Counted from the first letter of the stretch, positions 40,590 to 53,683 are shown. The stretch is 64,000 nucleotides of DNA from Octopus sinensis (GCF_006345805.1 NC_043010.1:13330001-13394000), one strand, 5' to 3'. Program-made: numbers and translations. Notes: generated by a model from the letters alone, not told the origin.

Positions 40590-41000
40590 AGCAACAGGTG
40601 GCTTAGCCACATACCGAAAAATTAGAAATAGCAGTCAAAGACCGCTTATTTCTATTTTCTACAAATATAACCCCACATACAACATATACATGTGACTCAC
40701 ATATGTAAAACAGAAGGAAAAAGTAACGAAAACAAAGTCTTTTGATTAGTTACGGACGCGTTTCTGGATTAGGATTATAAATCAATTCATTTCCTTCTTC
40801 AGCGCAACATTCCACTTAAATAGATTTTGCAAATGCTGTACATACCTCCAGCTTCCCAAACTAGCGTCATTGGAGATAGTAGGAGATAGCCAGCATAGGC
40901 CAAATCCAAATAGACGAATGAATTCATACTTTCCCTCCAAAATTTTACCATGTGCGTCACAAAAATAATTGTTGGGTTTTTTTTCAAATTAATAATTATT
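40590..41000 (-). mobile_element. Probable Penelope-like terminal fragment between (TA)n tracts
   Basis: Contains a hammerhead-like motif (40748-40808) with ACGCGT helix III; bounded by microsatellites. Confidence 0.5.
40748..40808 (-). ncRNA. Type I hammerhead-ribozyme-like motif
   Basis: GTTGCG-CTGAAGA-AGGA..TCCA-GAAA-CGCGT-C-CGTAAC: intact CUGANGA and GAAA cores, 6-bp helix I (one GU pair), palindromic helix III, GUC triplet. Confidence 0.6.
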
Positions 41001-41056
41001 TACCCTTATATTATTAATATATATATATATATATATAAAAGGAACACGTGAGTTGA

Positions 41057-41376
41057 TATATATGGAAAAAAAAGTCAAGATAGAAAATTCTAAAATAATT
41101 TTATAAAATGCATTTCAGTACCGGTTCAATCATTGAGACTTTTTCAACTTTAACAATTAAATAATTAAATTTAGAAAAATTAAAAGAAAAGTTTTTTTTA
41201 AAGAATATTTGAACACTATACAAATATTCTTTTAAAAAAAACTTTTTTTTAATTTTTCTAAATTTAATTATTTAATTGTTACAGTTGAAAAAGTCTCAAT
41301 GACTGAAACCGGTACTGAAATGTTTTTTATAAAATTATTTTAGAATTTTCTATCTTGACTTCTTTTTCCATATATA
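41057..41376. repeat. Fold-back palindrome, arms about 155 bp
   Basis: 41057-41211 versus 41221-41376 reverse complement, 9-nt spacer, (TA)n near both ends. Confidence 0.95.
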
Positions 41377-42837
41377 TATATATATATATATATACATACA
41401 TGATGGACTCTCCCATTCAAAACGACATATGAGCATTCAGCTTTTGCTAAATGACCTGCACAAATGATTTGTTTATAGTGATCAAATGCTCGTGCCATAC
41501 ATTAGCTCATTGTCTCCATCAAAAACGACATTGTCTGAACAGGTGCACTGTGTGCCACACGTCAGGTGTCAAAGTGATTGTAGAGCAATGTGAGATGAAG
41601 TGTCTTGCTCAAGAACACAATGCACTGCCCAGTCTGGGAATTGAAATCAGGTTCTAGCAATCATGAGTGTAACATCCTATCTACTAAGTCATGCGTTTAT
41701 CAAATAAGCACAGGGGTCAGTTTGTACAACTGAATCCTTCAAGACAGTTCCCCAACAGGACCTATTCCAATGAGAGAAACAAGTAAAAGGTTAAAGATAA
41801 AGGATAGAGATAGATAGATAGATAGATAGATAGATTTCTTTATTGGTCACACAGGGTTAGACACAGAGGGGACAATTACAATGTAGACTTTTTCTTTTTG
41901 AGGGGGGTGAAAACAAAGTAAAAAAAAGAAACAAAAATAGGGACAATGATCTAATGGGATCAAAATCATTGGGGATATATGCAAAAAATGTCGAAATAGT
42001 ACAAAAAGTTCCCAAGAAATGGAGAGGTTTATCTGTGGAAAGAAAAAGCTACATAAAGACCACAGTAACCCCGGGCAATTACATCACATGTTAGCATATT
42101 TATTTACAATTAAGTAACTCTCTGTTTTAAATTTTTATGGTTCATAGGATCATGCTCAAGGTGGCTTTGTCATTCATACGTGCCATCCTTGCTACATTTA
42201 CCCATATATATATATATATATACTGCGGGCTCCTTTCAGTTTCCATCTGCCAAATCCACTCACAAGGCTTTGATCAGCCTGAGACTATAGTAGAAGACAC
42301 TTGCCCAAGGTGGCAGGCAGTGGGACTGAACATGGAACCATGTGGTTGGTAAGCAAGCTACTTAGCACACACCCACTCCAGTACCTATAGCACACTCCTT
42401 ACCACACAGCCACTCCTGCTCGTATATGTATATATGTATATATTAAGTATATGATTTAACTTACTAACCCAATTCATATATTTCTATAACAGTTTTCATA
42501 TCTACACTGATTTACGCTATTAAATTCAAAGGAAGAAACAATGTTAGAAATCTTTGGAAATTATTCCAATAAAAGGAATTACTCGCATTCAACCTTTTAA
42601 AAATCAATAAAAATATAAAAGTATATATAATATATAAACATATATAAATGTGTGTGTGTGTGTGTGCATGTATAAGAGGTTTTGGGCCAGAAGACCCAAG
42701 ATGGCAGTTAAAGCTATGTAAGTACTACAGAAGGACCATAGTTAGACCCTTGGTTCGATAATAGTATGCATGTAATAGTAATAAACAGTAGTAATAGTAG
42801 ACACCCGTATGTATATATATATATATGCATATATATG

Positions 42838-42880
<43 letters not shown>

Positions 42881-42904
42881 TATATGTATGTGCATTTATA
42901 TATG

Positions 42905-42945
<41 letters not shown>

Positions 42946-43148
42946 CGAATGAAGAAAGCGCTAATATGATCTAAGTTATATGATGTATAAAAACATGTAA
43001 TATACAAATAAATATCTGTAAATATAAAACCATCCAAATTTCTGAGTACCTCATTTCTTCTAATATAAAATGCCTGCACATCATCTCCAAACCTTCTAAT
43101 ATATATATATTATATATATATATATTATATATACATATATGTATGTGC

Positions 43149-43180
<32 letters not shown>

Positions 43181-43189
43181 CTTATATAT

Positions 43190-43220
<31 letters not shown>

Positions 43221-44148
43221 GTGTGTGTATATTACACACACGACACACACACACACATATATATGTAATACCTGAGATATACAGCAAATCAATAGCATGC
43301 CAATACAGACCTGATTTTTTGCCTGGTTCCTTAACACGTCAGAAATCACAACAGTATGTAAATCCTTCCTGGTAATATATTTATATCTGCAGAGAAAATT
43401 TGTAAAGCAACTATGCCAAAATTATCCCCTATTAAATCTGCACTTTACTGTATTTATGGTTCCTGTTACATACATCAGACCCACACCCTTAATGTAATTA
43501 AGAGAATAATTTACTTAGAGAAATTAGCCGAAGACCCTATCAAAATGAAAAATGATAGTTAAGTCAGTATGATCATATTTAATGTAGTATGCATTAAAAA
43601 AGGTCACAACGAATAAGTGCTCAGTGAGTAAGAGATAATATTACTCAATTACTAACACTAATTTGACAGTTTTCTCGAAAACAAGAGAGACAACCCCAAG
43701 CATGTTTCAACCATATAAATCGTTCTTGGATGAAGCACAGATGTTACTGTTAAAATATTGCTGAAGTAATCACTAAGCAAATATGCAACAGATTACACTG
43801 GCAGGCACAGGAATTAACACTTTAAATGTATAGTATATAAATACATCATCATCGTTTAACGTCCGCTTTCCATGCTAGCATGGGTCGGACGTATGACAGA
43901 GGGCTGGCGAACCGGATGGTTGCACCAGGTTCCAGTCTTGATTTGGCAGAGTATCTACAGCTGGATGCTCTTCCTAATGCCAACCACTCAGAGTATAGTG
44001 GGTGATTTTACGTGCCACCAGCATGGAGGCCAGATAGCCGCTCTGGTAACGACCACGCTCGGATGGTGCTTTTGAACTGCCACTGGCACGGAAACCGGTT
44101 AGCCACTCTGTCAATGATCACACTCGTATGGTGCTCTTTGTACATATA

Positions 44149-44202
<54 letters not shown>

Positions 44203-44297
44203 ATATTTTTATATAAATAAGGCTAAGGTCGTTATTTAAATACCAATCTTATCAGGTGGCCAGCACGGGAATAAAAGCCTTCAAAGGTAATAATTAC

Positions 44298-44474
44298 TAT
44301 TAAAATTATAATTAAGGGTATCTAAGAGATACCAGCACGCTGGAAATAGCAGCAAAACTTGACTCTAAAACAACATTAAATGTTCATACATTTAATGTGG
44401 TTTTAGAGTCAAGTTTTGGCTGCTATTTTCAGCGTGATGGTATCTCTTAGATACCCTTAATTATAATTTTAATA
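44298..44474. repeat. Fold-back palindrome, arms about 85 bp
   Basis: 44298-44382 versus 44389-44474 with few mismatches; abuts (TA)n on the right. Confidence 0.95.
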
Positions 44475-44814
44475 ATATATATAGATATATATATAGATAT
44501 ATATATATATGAATGTATATATGTACGTATGTGTTAATGCAACAGAAACAATCATCAGCTTTATAAGGTGAGATATATAATAAAGATGTAATTTTCTCTA
44601 AATGTATTTTTTGTTGACAACACTCTGTATTTCTAAAAATTCTGCCAAAGTATATTTGGATTTACCTGCCATGTATGAGAATTTACCTGAGATCTGTGTT
44701 CTGCTTACATTTACTGGTGTCTAATTGTTGAATATTTTTAACCAAATTCTTTTAATACTAAATGCTTTATTGATATCTGTGTGCGTGTGTGTGCACGCGC
44801 GTGTGTGTGTGTGT

Positions 44815-46628
44815 GTGTGTTTGTCCCCCACCACCATCGCTTGACAACTGATGTTGGTGTATTTACGTTCCCGTAACTTAGCAGTTCAGCATAAGAGACT
44901 GATAGAATAACTTCAATGTTTACAAAGGATAAGTGCTAGGGCTGATTTCATCAACTGAACCCTCCCCCCTTAAGGTGGTGCTCCAGCATGGCCACAGTCA
45001 AAATGACTAAAACGAGTAAAAGAATAAATAAAAGAAATCCTGACATCTGCCCATGTCTCCCTCGACCTTCTTCTTCCATATTCCATTCCACTTAATACAC
45101 CTTGGCCCTTTCTACCCATCAATGCACATCCATCATCCATGCACATTTCATACCCATAGCAGCACAATCTTGTCCCCCCGTGCACCACATACAACTCCTG
45201 TTAGACTTAGATTTTCTTTCAACTCTTCCATGCTTCATCATTCATTCACATTCACATTACACATCCAAAAGTGCATGCTTGTTTCATTTCTTTATAACCT
45301 TCCTGCATCTTTTGCACTCACAACCCGTTGCCAGCGCCGCCTTGGCTGGCTTCCGCCGTTGCCAGCGCCGCCTTGGCTGGCTTCCCCGTTGCCAGCGCCG
45401 CCTTGGCTGGCTTCCACCGTTGCCAGCGCCGCCTTGGCTGGCTTCCGTGCCGCTGGCACGTTAAAAGCTCCAACCGATTGTGGCCGATGCCAGACCGCCC
45501 CCCCTGGCACCTGTGCAGGTGGCACGTAAAAAGCACCCACTACACTCGCGGAGTGGTTGGCATTAGGAAGGGCATCCAGCCGTAGAAACTCTGGAGCCTG
45601 GAGCAGCCCCTGGCTTCCCAGACCCTGGTCGAACCGTCCAACCCGTGCTAGCGCAGAAAACGGACGTTAAACGATGATGATGATGATGATGATGAACCCA
45701 CGACTTATTAGCTGTAAAACTATGCTTCATTCACAAGTGTCATCCAGTATACTTTTCACTCAAAGAAGAAGATAATGTTTTTGTTTCCAGAAATAGTAAT
45801 AGAGATTTTTCCACCCTGTTCTTATTCTGGTTATTATTCTTTCAAAGCGCTCCCCTCCTCAACAATGGATCCACCTATGTTGTGGTAGCTACCAACTACT
45901 ATGGAGCCCCCTGGGGGCCAAAAATGAATTTATTTCTTTGATACTCTCACTCAGTGTTTCTCAACCTTTTATTTCTTCTGTGTGTATGTTTGTGTTTGCC
46001 TACACCACCACTACCAACACCACCATCGCTGGACAACCGATGCTGGTGTGTTTATGTCCCTGTAACTTAGCGGTTCAGCAAAAGATACCGATAGAATAAG
46101 TACTAGGCTTACCAAGAATAAGTCCAGTCTGCTTAACCTCTATTTTTCCCCACTGTGCCTTGGGGACATGTTCTGACACATGTCGATCACCATCTCTCCA
46201 CTCTCTCTATCTCTATCTTTCTCTGTAGATCTCTCTTTCTCTCCCTTCTTCTGCAACTGGGATATCATTGAATTTCTTCTACAGCAAGACCCCTATCTCT
46301 GTCTGGAGCTCCACAGTTAATTGAACAAATCGACCCCAGGACTTATTCTTGGTAAGCCTAGTACTTATTCTATCAGGCTCTTTTGCTGAACCACTAAGTT
46401 ACAGGGACATAACCACACCAGCATCAGTTGTCCAGCGATGGTGGGGGACAAACACAAACACACACACACACACATACGACGGGCTTCTTTCAGTTTGTCT
46501 ACCAAATCCACTCACAAGGCTTTGGTCGGCCCAAGGCTATAGTAGAAGACACTTGCCCAATGTGTTATGCAGTGAGACTGAACCTGGAATCATGTGGTTG
46601 GTAAGTAAGCTACTTACCACACAACCAC
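44815..46628. mobile_element. Cluster of SINE A fragments (44815-45035 +, 45985-46130 +, 46320-46628 -) around a family E element
   Basis: Each matches part of the 34.8 kb full-length copy. Confidence 0.8.
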
Positions 46629-46630
46629 TA

Positions 46631-46661
<31 letters not shown>

Positions 46662-47109
46662 ATGTATGTGTGTGCGTGTGTGTGTTAGTGAAGGCACATG
46701 GCTCAGTGGTTAGAGCATTGAGCATATGATTGTGAGGTTGTGACTTCAATTCCTGGACCAGGCTATGTCTTGTGTTCTTGAGCAAGACACTTTATTTCAC
46801 GTTACTCCAGTTTACTCAACTGTAGAAATAAGTTGCGACATCAATGGTGCCAAGCTGTATCAGCCTTTGCCTTTCCCTTTGACAACATGGGTTGGCTTGG
46901 AGAGGGGAGGCTGGTATGCATGTGTGACTGCTGGTCTTCCATAAACAACCATGCCCGGACTTGTGCCTCAAAGGGTAACTTCTAGGTGCAATCATAACTG
47001 AATGGGGTCTTCTTTCCATTTTTTTTAGCCCAATCCATTTGCAAGGTTTTGTTCAACCTGAAGCTATACTTGCCTAAGGTTTCTTGCATTGGGACTGAAC
47101 CTGAAGCTA

Positions 47110-47989
47110 CGAGGTCTGATCAATAAGTATCCGGACTGTTGCCATAGTAACAAAGCTAAAATATGTGGAGTGAAACTACTAGGCAAAAATTGGCCCTGAA
47201 TTCTGCTGTACGTGTGCACTAGGTTTTATCATTCTTGCTCACTTTCGCTGATTACTGCAGAGCTTGGAAGGAAGGTGTGTAGCGTGTGGTTGGTGCATTG
47301 ACCATGAGAGGGAAAGTTGTCATGGCGATACCTGCTCAGAGGCTGACACAAAGTTGCAGAAAGTGTATGGAGAGGAGTGTATGAGCTGCACACAAGTGTA
47401 CGACTGGTTCAGATGTTTCCAAGATGGCCAAAATCTATTGATAGGGACAAACGTTCTGGGAGACTCGCAACCAGCAGAACTGAGAAAAACATCACATATG
47501 CTCATGCAGCTGTGAGGGGAAATTGCCAAATCACCATCCATGTGTTTTCAGGGGGTGTGTAGATTAGTCACAGTTCAGTTCAGTTCATTATCACTGAAGA
47601 TTTGAGTATGAGATACATGTCTACCAAGTTCATGCCAAAACTGCTATCAGCTGACCAGAATGACACTAGGGTTTCAGTTGCACAAGATCTCCTTGATTGT
47701 GCCGAGAATGATGAAAACTTTTTGAAAACTTTGCATGGGCCTCTTATCAGGTATTGCCAAGCTTTTGGCAAAATTTGATGCAGATTCTCTGTCATGGTCA
47801 ATACAATGATCACATGCTACACACCTTCCTTCCAAGTACTGCTGCAAACAGTAAAAGTGAACAAGAATGTTAAAACTTAGAGCACATGCATGGCAGACTT
47901 CAAGGTCAATCTGTGCCAAGCAGCTTTACTCTGTGTGCTTTAGCTTCGTTACTATGACAACAGTCCGGATATTTATTGATCAGATCATG
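47110..47989 (+). mobile_element. Mariner-family element: TIRs, transposase N-terminal remnant, long inverted arms
   Basis: TA|CGAGGTCTGATCAATAAGTATCCGGACTGTTG left TIR with its inverse at 47940-47989; KLQKVYGEECMSCTQVYDWFRCFQDG and MSTKFMPKLLSADQ resemble the mariner HTH and linker. Confidence 0.9.
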
Positions 47990-48576
47990 TATATGTATGG
48001 GTTTGGAAGCAAACTTCTTAATTATGGAGGCATGCCTGCAAATGTGCATGTGTGACACTGCATGTGTGTATGTGTGTGTGTTTGTGCATGAGTACACACA
48101 CACATATATACATATACATACATATATACACACAGAAACACATACATATATATGTATATATAGAGCTGTATGTATTTCAGTTCTGTCGTTTGTTTTAGCC
48201 ACCACGTTAAAAATCTCAACAATAAATTCTTTCCTACCAACATACATATCACCCCAAACGAAATTGTTCTCCATTAAATCTGCACTTTATACTACTTATA
48301 CTCCCTCTTACATCAGACACACACCCTTAATGCATTTTAGAGAATAATTTACTCAGAGAAATCAGTTATGTTAAGGTTAACGTATTTAATACAGTGATCA
48401 TTAAAAAGTAAATTAGAAATAATTATATGAGGTGATAATCGAGATAATCTTACTCATAGACTAATATGGTGCTAGTGATTGCAGTAAGTACAGAAAGCAA
48501 CACCAGACATGTGTCATTCTTATCAAACCTCCTCAGAAATGCACAGAGACTGCAGTCTATAATATTATATAATTTT

Positions 48577-48810
48577 AAGGCAGCGAGCTGGCAAAAATGT
48601 TAGCACGCCGGGCGAAATGCATAGCCATATTTTGTCTGTCGTTACGTTCTGAGTTCAAATTCTGCCAAGGTCAGCTTTGCCTTTCATCCTTTCGGGGTCA
48701 ATAAATTAAGTACCAGTTACGCACTGGGGTCAATGTAATCGACTTAATCCCTTTGTCTGTCCTTGTTTGTACCCTCTGTGTTTAGCCCCTTGTGGGTAGT
48801 AAAGAAATAT
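48577..48810 (+). mobile_element. Full-length SINE family D
   Basis: GGCAGCGAGCTGGCA...GAGTTCAAATTCTGCC...TTTAGCCCCTTGTGGGTAGTAAAGAAATA. Confidence 0.9.
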
Positions 48811-49329
48811 ATATAATGGTTGGTATACAAGTTTACATTACCTCAGAAACAAAGAGACTAAATTACTCCGGGATAATTGGTTAGGGCAGCGGACTCGCGG
48901 TCGTAGGATTGCAGTTTCAATTCCCAGACCGGGCGTTGTGAGTGTTTATTGAGCGAAAACACCTTGAAGCTCCACAAGGCTCCGGCAGGGGGTGGTGATC
49001 CCTGCTGTACTCTTTCACCACTCTTTCTTTCACTCTTTCTTCTGTTGGCCTGCTCACTTAGCCAGCGGGGTGGCGTCATTCGAAGGCTAAAACAATGCGA
49101 AGTGCATTGTGACCAGCGATGTGTAACAATATCTGATGGTCTGGGCGATCACGTGATATATATATATATATATATACTGCGGGGTCTTGAATATATTCAT
49201 ATATAGTATGTGTGTATGTGTGTTTCTTGGTTTGACCACCATCCGTGTAGCATCTCTTGTATTTCTTCCTATGACTTTTATCTATGTTCCTGCCATAAGG
49301 CTTCACTTCCACACTTGCCAGCTTAATTT

Positions 49330-49660
49330 AATTCATCCCTAATCGAAAGACACTTGTTGTTTGTATTTGTAATTGTGTACCATTTCTCCGGTTTTTTTTC
49401 CTTTTTGTCCTTGTTTTCATGTACATTCGCTTACTTTCTTTCAAAGAATCCAGTGCTCTTAGCTTAGATTTCCTTGATGCCGGCCAGATTAGAACAGTCT
49501 TGAGATTAACCAGCCAAAACTGCAAAGACAATCTACTTCTCGATTGATAATTGAAAGCTCTGGATGACTCGTCCTTGTTTTTTCCTGTCCTTTTTTGTAT
49601 TACTTACTGTCTGAATGTTTTTTGTTGCCTGTTATGTTCTTGTTTGATTCTTTGTTTTGA
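49330..49660 (+). mobile_element. Penelope-like terminal fragment (inverse homolog at 52255-52560)
   Basis: GTCCTTGTTTT...GAATCyArTGCkCTTrGCTTAG.TTTCCTTG...GGCCAGATT.GA.CA.TCT shared with the 52.3-52.5 kb minus-strand copy. Confidence 0.55.
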
Positions 49661-49669
49661 TTATATATA

Positions 49670-49749
<80 letters not shown>

Positions 49750-49768
49750 CTAATGTATCTATATCTAA

Positions 49769-49809
<41 letters not shown>

Positions 49810-50414
49810 CCACCTAAATGTGGCTGACCCATAGGAGACGATGCTACTGTTGTTTATAACCCCAGGAAGACATTTCCTCCAGTTGGCTAACGACACTCTG
49901 TCTGTGTCCAATAAGTATTTGCAAAGGGAAATCATCATTTCCATCTCTAGCCTTACGCGATACACATGGACCCAGGTTTCTGGATAATAAGTCGTCACCA
50001 GCGTGTGACAATCACCAGCTAGGGATGAGAACTGATTCCTAACGCAAAATATTATATGCTTTTTCCAGTGACAAACTGTTGCTGATCTTGGAAAAAGAAA
50101 AACAAGCAATAATAAATCTCCAATGAAATGTAAACAGTAGCAGCACAACATCGTGAAGTATATTTGCCACCTAAATGCGGCTGACCCATAGGGGACAAGG
50201 CTGCTGTTTTTTATAGTCCCATACTGATCTCCTTTTTCAAGATCAGTGACGGTTTGTCACTGGAAAAAGCATATATATTTTGCATTTGGGATCAGTTCTC
50301 ATCCCTAGCTAGTGATTGTCACATGCTGATGATGGGTTACTACCTAGAAACCCGGGTCCATAGGTATCACGTAAGGCTAGAGATGGAAACAGAACGATAT
50401 ACATCCATATACAT

Positions 50415-50853
50415 GGCAGAAATGTTAACACACTGGGTGAAATGCTTAGCAGTATTTCGTCTGTCTATACATTCTTGTTTGTCCCACCACCACCACCATC
50501 GCTTGACAACTGACGTTAGTGTCTTTACGTCCCCATAACTTAGCAGTTTGGCAAAAGAGGCCAATAGAATAAGTACTAGGCTTACAAAGAATAAGTCCTG
50601 GGACCAATTTGTTCAACTAAAGATGATGCTCCAGCATGGCCACAGCCAAATGAGTGAAACAAATAGTCGTTTGACTGCAGCCATGCTGGAGCATCACCTT
50701 GAAGGGTTTTAGCTGAACAAATTGATCCTAGGATTTATTTTTCAAAGGCTAGTACTTATTGTATTTGTCTCTTTTGACAAACCGCTAAGTTACAGGTTGT
50801 AAACATACCACCACCAGTTAGGGGGGGGGACACAGACACACACACACAGATAT

Positions 50854-50887
<34 letters not shown>

Positions 50888-51012
50888 CACGATGGGTTTC
50901 TTTCAATTTCCATCTACCAAATCCACTCACAAGGCTTTGATCATGCCCAAGGTGCCATGCAGTGAGACTGAACCTGGAACCATGTGGTTGAGAAGCAAGC
51001 TTCTTACCACAC
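50415..51012. mobile_element. Tail-to-tail SINE pair (D-head/A-tail hybrid on +, SINE A on -)
   Basis: GATGCTCCAGCATGG (about 50625) faces CCATGCTGGAGCATC (about 50683). Confidence 0.8.
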
Positions 51013-52211
51013 AGACATATATATAATATATATCTATATATATATATATATATCTATATATATATATATTATATATATATATATGTATAAATATATATAT
51101 ATATATATGTATGTATGCACACATACACACATACATGCATATATTTTCGGATATATGTGTGTATATGCATGTATATATACTTATATATATACATATGTTT
51201 ATGAATGCATACCAGCTTATATACACATATGTCATATGTATATATCTATGTATGTATATGAATGTATATTTGTATATTGGGCGTCTTTGAATTTCTGTAT
51301 ACCAAAACCCACTCACAAGGCTTTGGTCAGCCTGGGCTATAGCAGAAGACGCTTGCCTAAGGTGTGACACAGAGCAGGACTGAACCTAAGACCATGTGGT
51401 TGAGAAGCAAACTTCTTACTACACAGCCATGTCTGTAACTATAGTATTAGGTATATTATCAAGTGTATTATTTTAAGGAAAATACATAATTAAAGTAATT
51501 TAGTCAGAGTATCTAACAAGATAATTAAGCTGTAATGAAAATTAAGCTGTGATAATAATTCAACTGTGATAATAATTAGGCTGTAATGAGTAATTGGCCA
51601 CGTGATTGCAACACTGACCTTTGAGCATGTACTCCAATAAGGGCTGCCAGAAAAGCAAAAGGGCTGTTTCTATGGGGTTGTATGAGCTACAACAATAAGT
51701 TATCTCATTATTACAGCTGGGCATATATGAGACAATCCCATGAAGGCTGTTCTAACATAAAGGGGTGCTGTACATATGTCATAAGAATTGGGGTTCTGGG
51801 CTCTTGAAGTCCTTTGAGGCAAATGACCCAAACAATTTGTAAATACTAATGTCAGAAAACTGGTCAGCTTCTGATCACTTACAAATCAGGGTACTGTACA
51901 AAACAGATAGACTTCACATACATCCATAAATAGTGGAAGCACATGGCCTAGTGGTTAGAGCAGCGGACTCGCGGTCAATAATTCTGCCTCCAACTCAGTT
52001 GCATGCCTGTGTTTCGCTTATCTTTTTGCATGCTTTACGACAATAAACGTCACCAACTGCCTACCCTGAGTAGTAACTGATGGCACGTGCCTGATATATA
52101 CATACATACTGTGTGCTTGTGTGTGTGTGTGGATGCATGTCTTCGTGTTTTCCCCCACAGCACTTGACAACCAGCACTAGTTTGTTTACATCCCTATGAC
52201 TTAGTTGTTCA

Positions 52212-52251
<40 letters not shown>

Positions 52252-52254
52252 CTA

Positions 52255-52890
52255 AAAAAATACAAACTGGGACAAGAACGCAAAACATTTAGAAGACGAT
52301 ACAAAAAACACGGACGGGACATTTGAAGCCTTCAATCTTCAGTCAAGAACCAGATTATCCTCACAATTTCAGCTAATTAATCTTGAGATTGCTCCAATCT
52401 GGCCAGTTTCAAGGAAAAACTAAGCCAAGCGCATTAGATTCCTTGGAAAAAAGCTTCAAATGTATACAAAACAAGGACGGAAAAACGGACGATGTTACAC
52501 AAATATGAATACAAAAATGATACGTAAAAACAATAATAATAATACGTAAAAACAATAATAATAACAATAACAGGACATCACAAACAGGCATCTTTCGACT
52601 TAGATGAATTAAACTCAGCTGGCGTGTTAGAAATGTGCCTTGGGGCAGAGAAAAAAATGATGTAACCACGACCGCTGGCATATATATATATACGTATGTA
52701 TGTATATATGCTTGTGTAGACTTAGTGGGATTTGTTAGTTCTTTGAATGTTGCCACGTAGAAGTGTGCAATTGTTTTTGTAGACCTACATAGTTTTTGTA
52801 GATGTGTGTTGTCGTTTTCAAGCTGATCATTCATATGGTAGCAGAAGTTAGTGTGGGTTAGAATTTGATAAGTCAACAACATTTACATAC
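52255..52890 (-). mobile_element. Penelope-like remnant: ORF N-terminal region plus terminal repeat
   Basis: Minus strand begins VVDLSN, reminiscent of the PLE VVNLS motif but heavily decayed; terminal part homologous to 49.3-49.6 kb. Confidence 0.45.
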
Positions 52891-52905
52891 CTGTGTGAAC
52901 TTTCA

Positions 52906-52949
<44 letters not shown>

Positions 52950-53284
52950 AAATATATATTATATATGTATATATATATATGTATATATATATATAATAAT
53001 AATATTAGGGAGTAAATCCAAACTTACAAGGAAAAATTAGATTTAGGATTAAATCAAATTTCACAGTATAAATATAAATATAAATTAGAAATAAAACCAC
53101 TATTAGGCAAATCAAACAGAGAAAAACCTAAACCAAACATAAAAATAAATATAATTAATATAATATACAAAATATATAAAATATAAAATTTAAAATTTAA
53201 ATTTTTTAAATTTAAAATTTTTAATTTATATTTATAAATTTTAATATTTTTTTATATATTTTTTAAATTTTTAATTTTACTAAA

Positions 53285-53683
53285 CCATAATTTTAGGTAG
53301 TTAAATTTATTTAATTTATTAATATATTTATCTAAAATGAGTTTACTCAATTTACTAAGGTCTGATTTACATGGACAAATTAATCTAACTTTAGGGTCTG
53401 AATAAAAATTATCTTTATGGTCTTTCAAAGTAATTCTAGGGTGCATAGGTACATAAAGTTCAGTTTTATTATCCAACTTATAGTTCATCATGACTAATTT
53501 AGAGGCCTTATTTATAGTATAAAGTGTACTATCTGGAACGATTTTATATTTTTTAATTATCTCTTTTTCTAAAAGGTTATCATATAATTTAACATCCAGT
53601 TTATATAGATTCCTAGTTTTATCTGATTGTACAATAATACCATCCATATTTCTCATTTCTTTAATTCTAATAGCTAAATTTCT

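Noticed and set aside
48505-48545. CTGAGGA-GGTTT..AGAAT-GACA-CATGTC hammerhead-like trace (minus); similar traces at about 49480-49530 and 52330-52410
   Set aside because: The GAAA core and helices are too decayed to call as ribozymes.
51883-51893. 11-nt minus-strand microexon candidate (TTTTGTACAG|TACCCTGATTT|GTAAGT)
   Set aside because: Not frame-preserving, and such signal pairs arise by chance in 64 kb.
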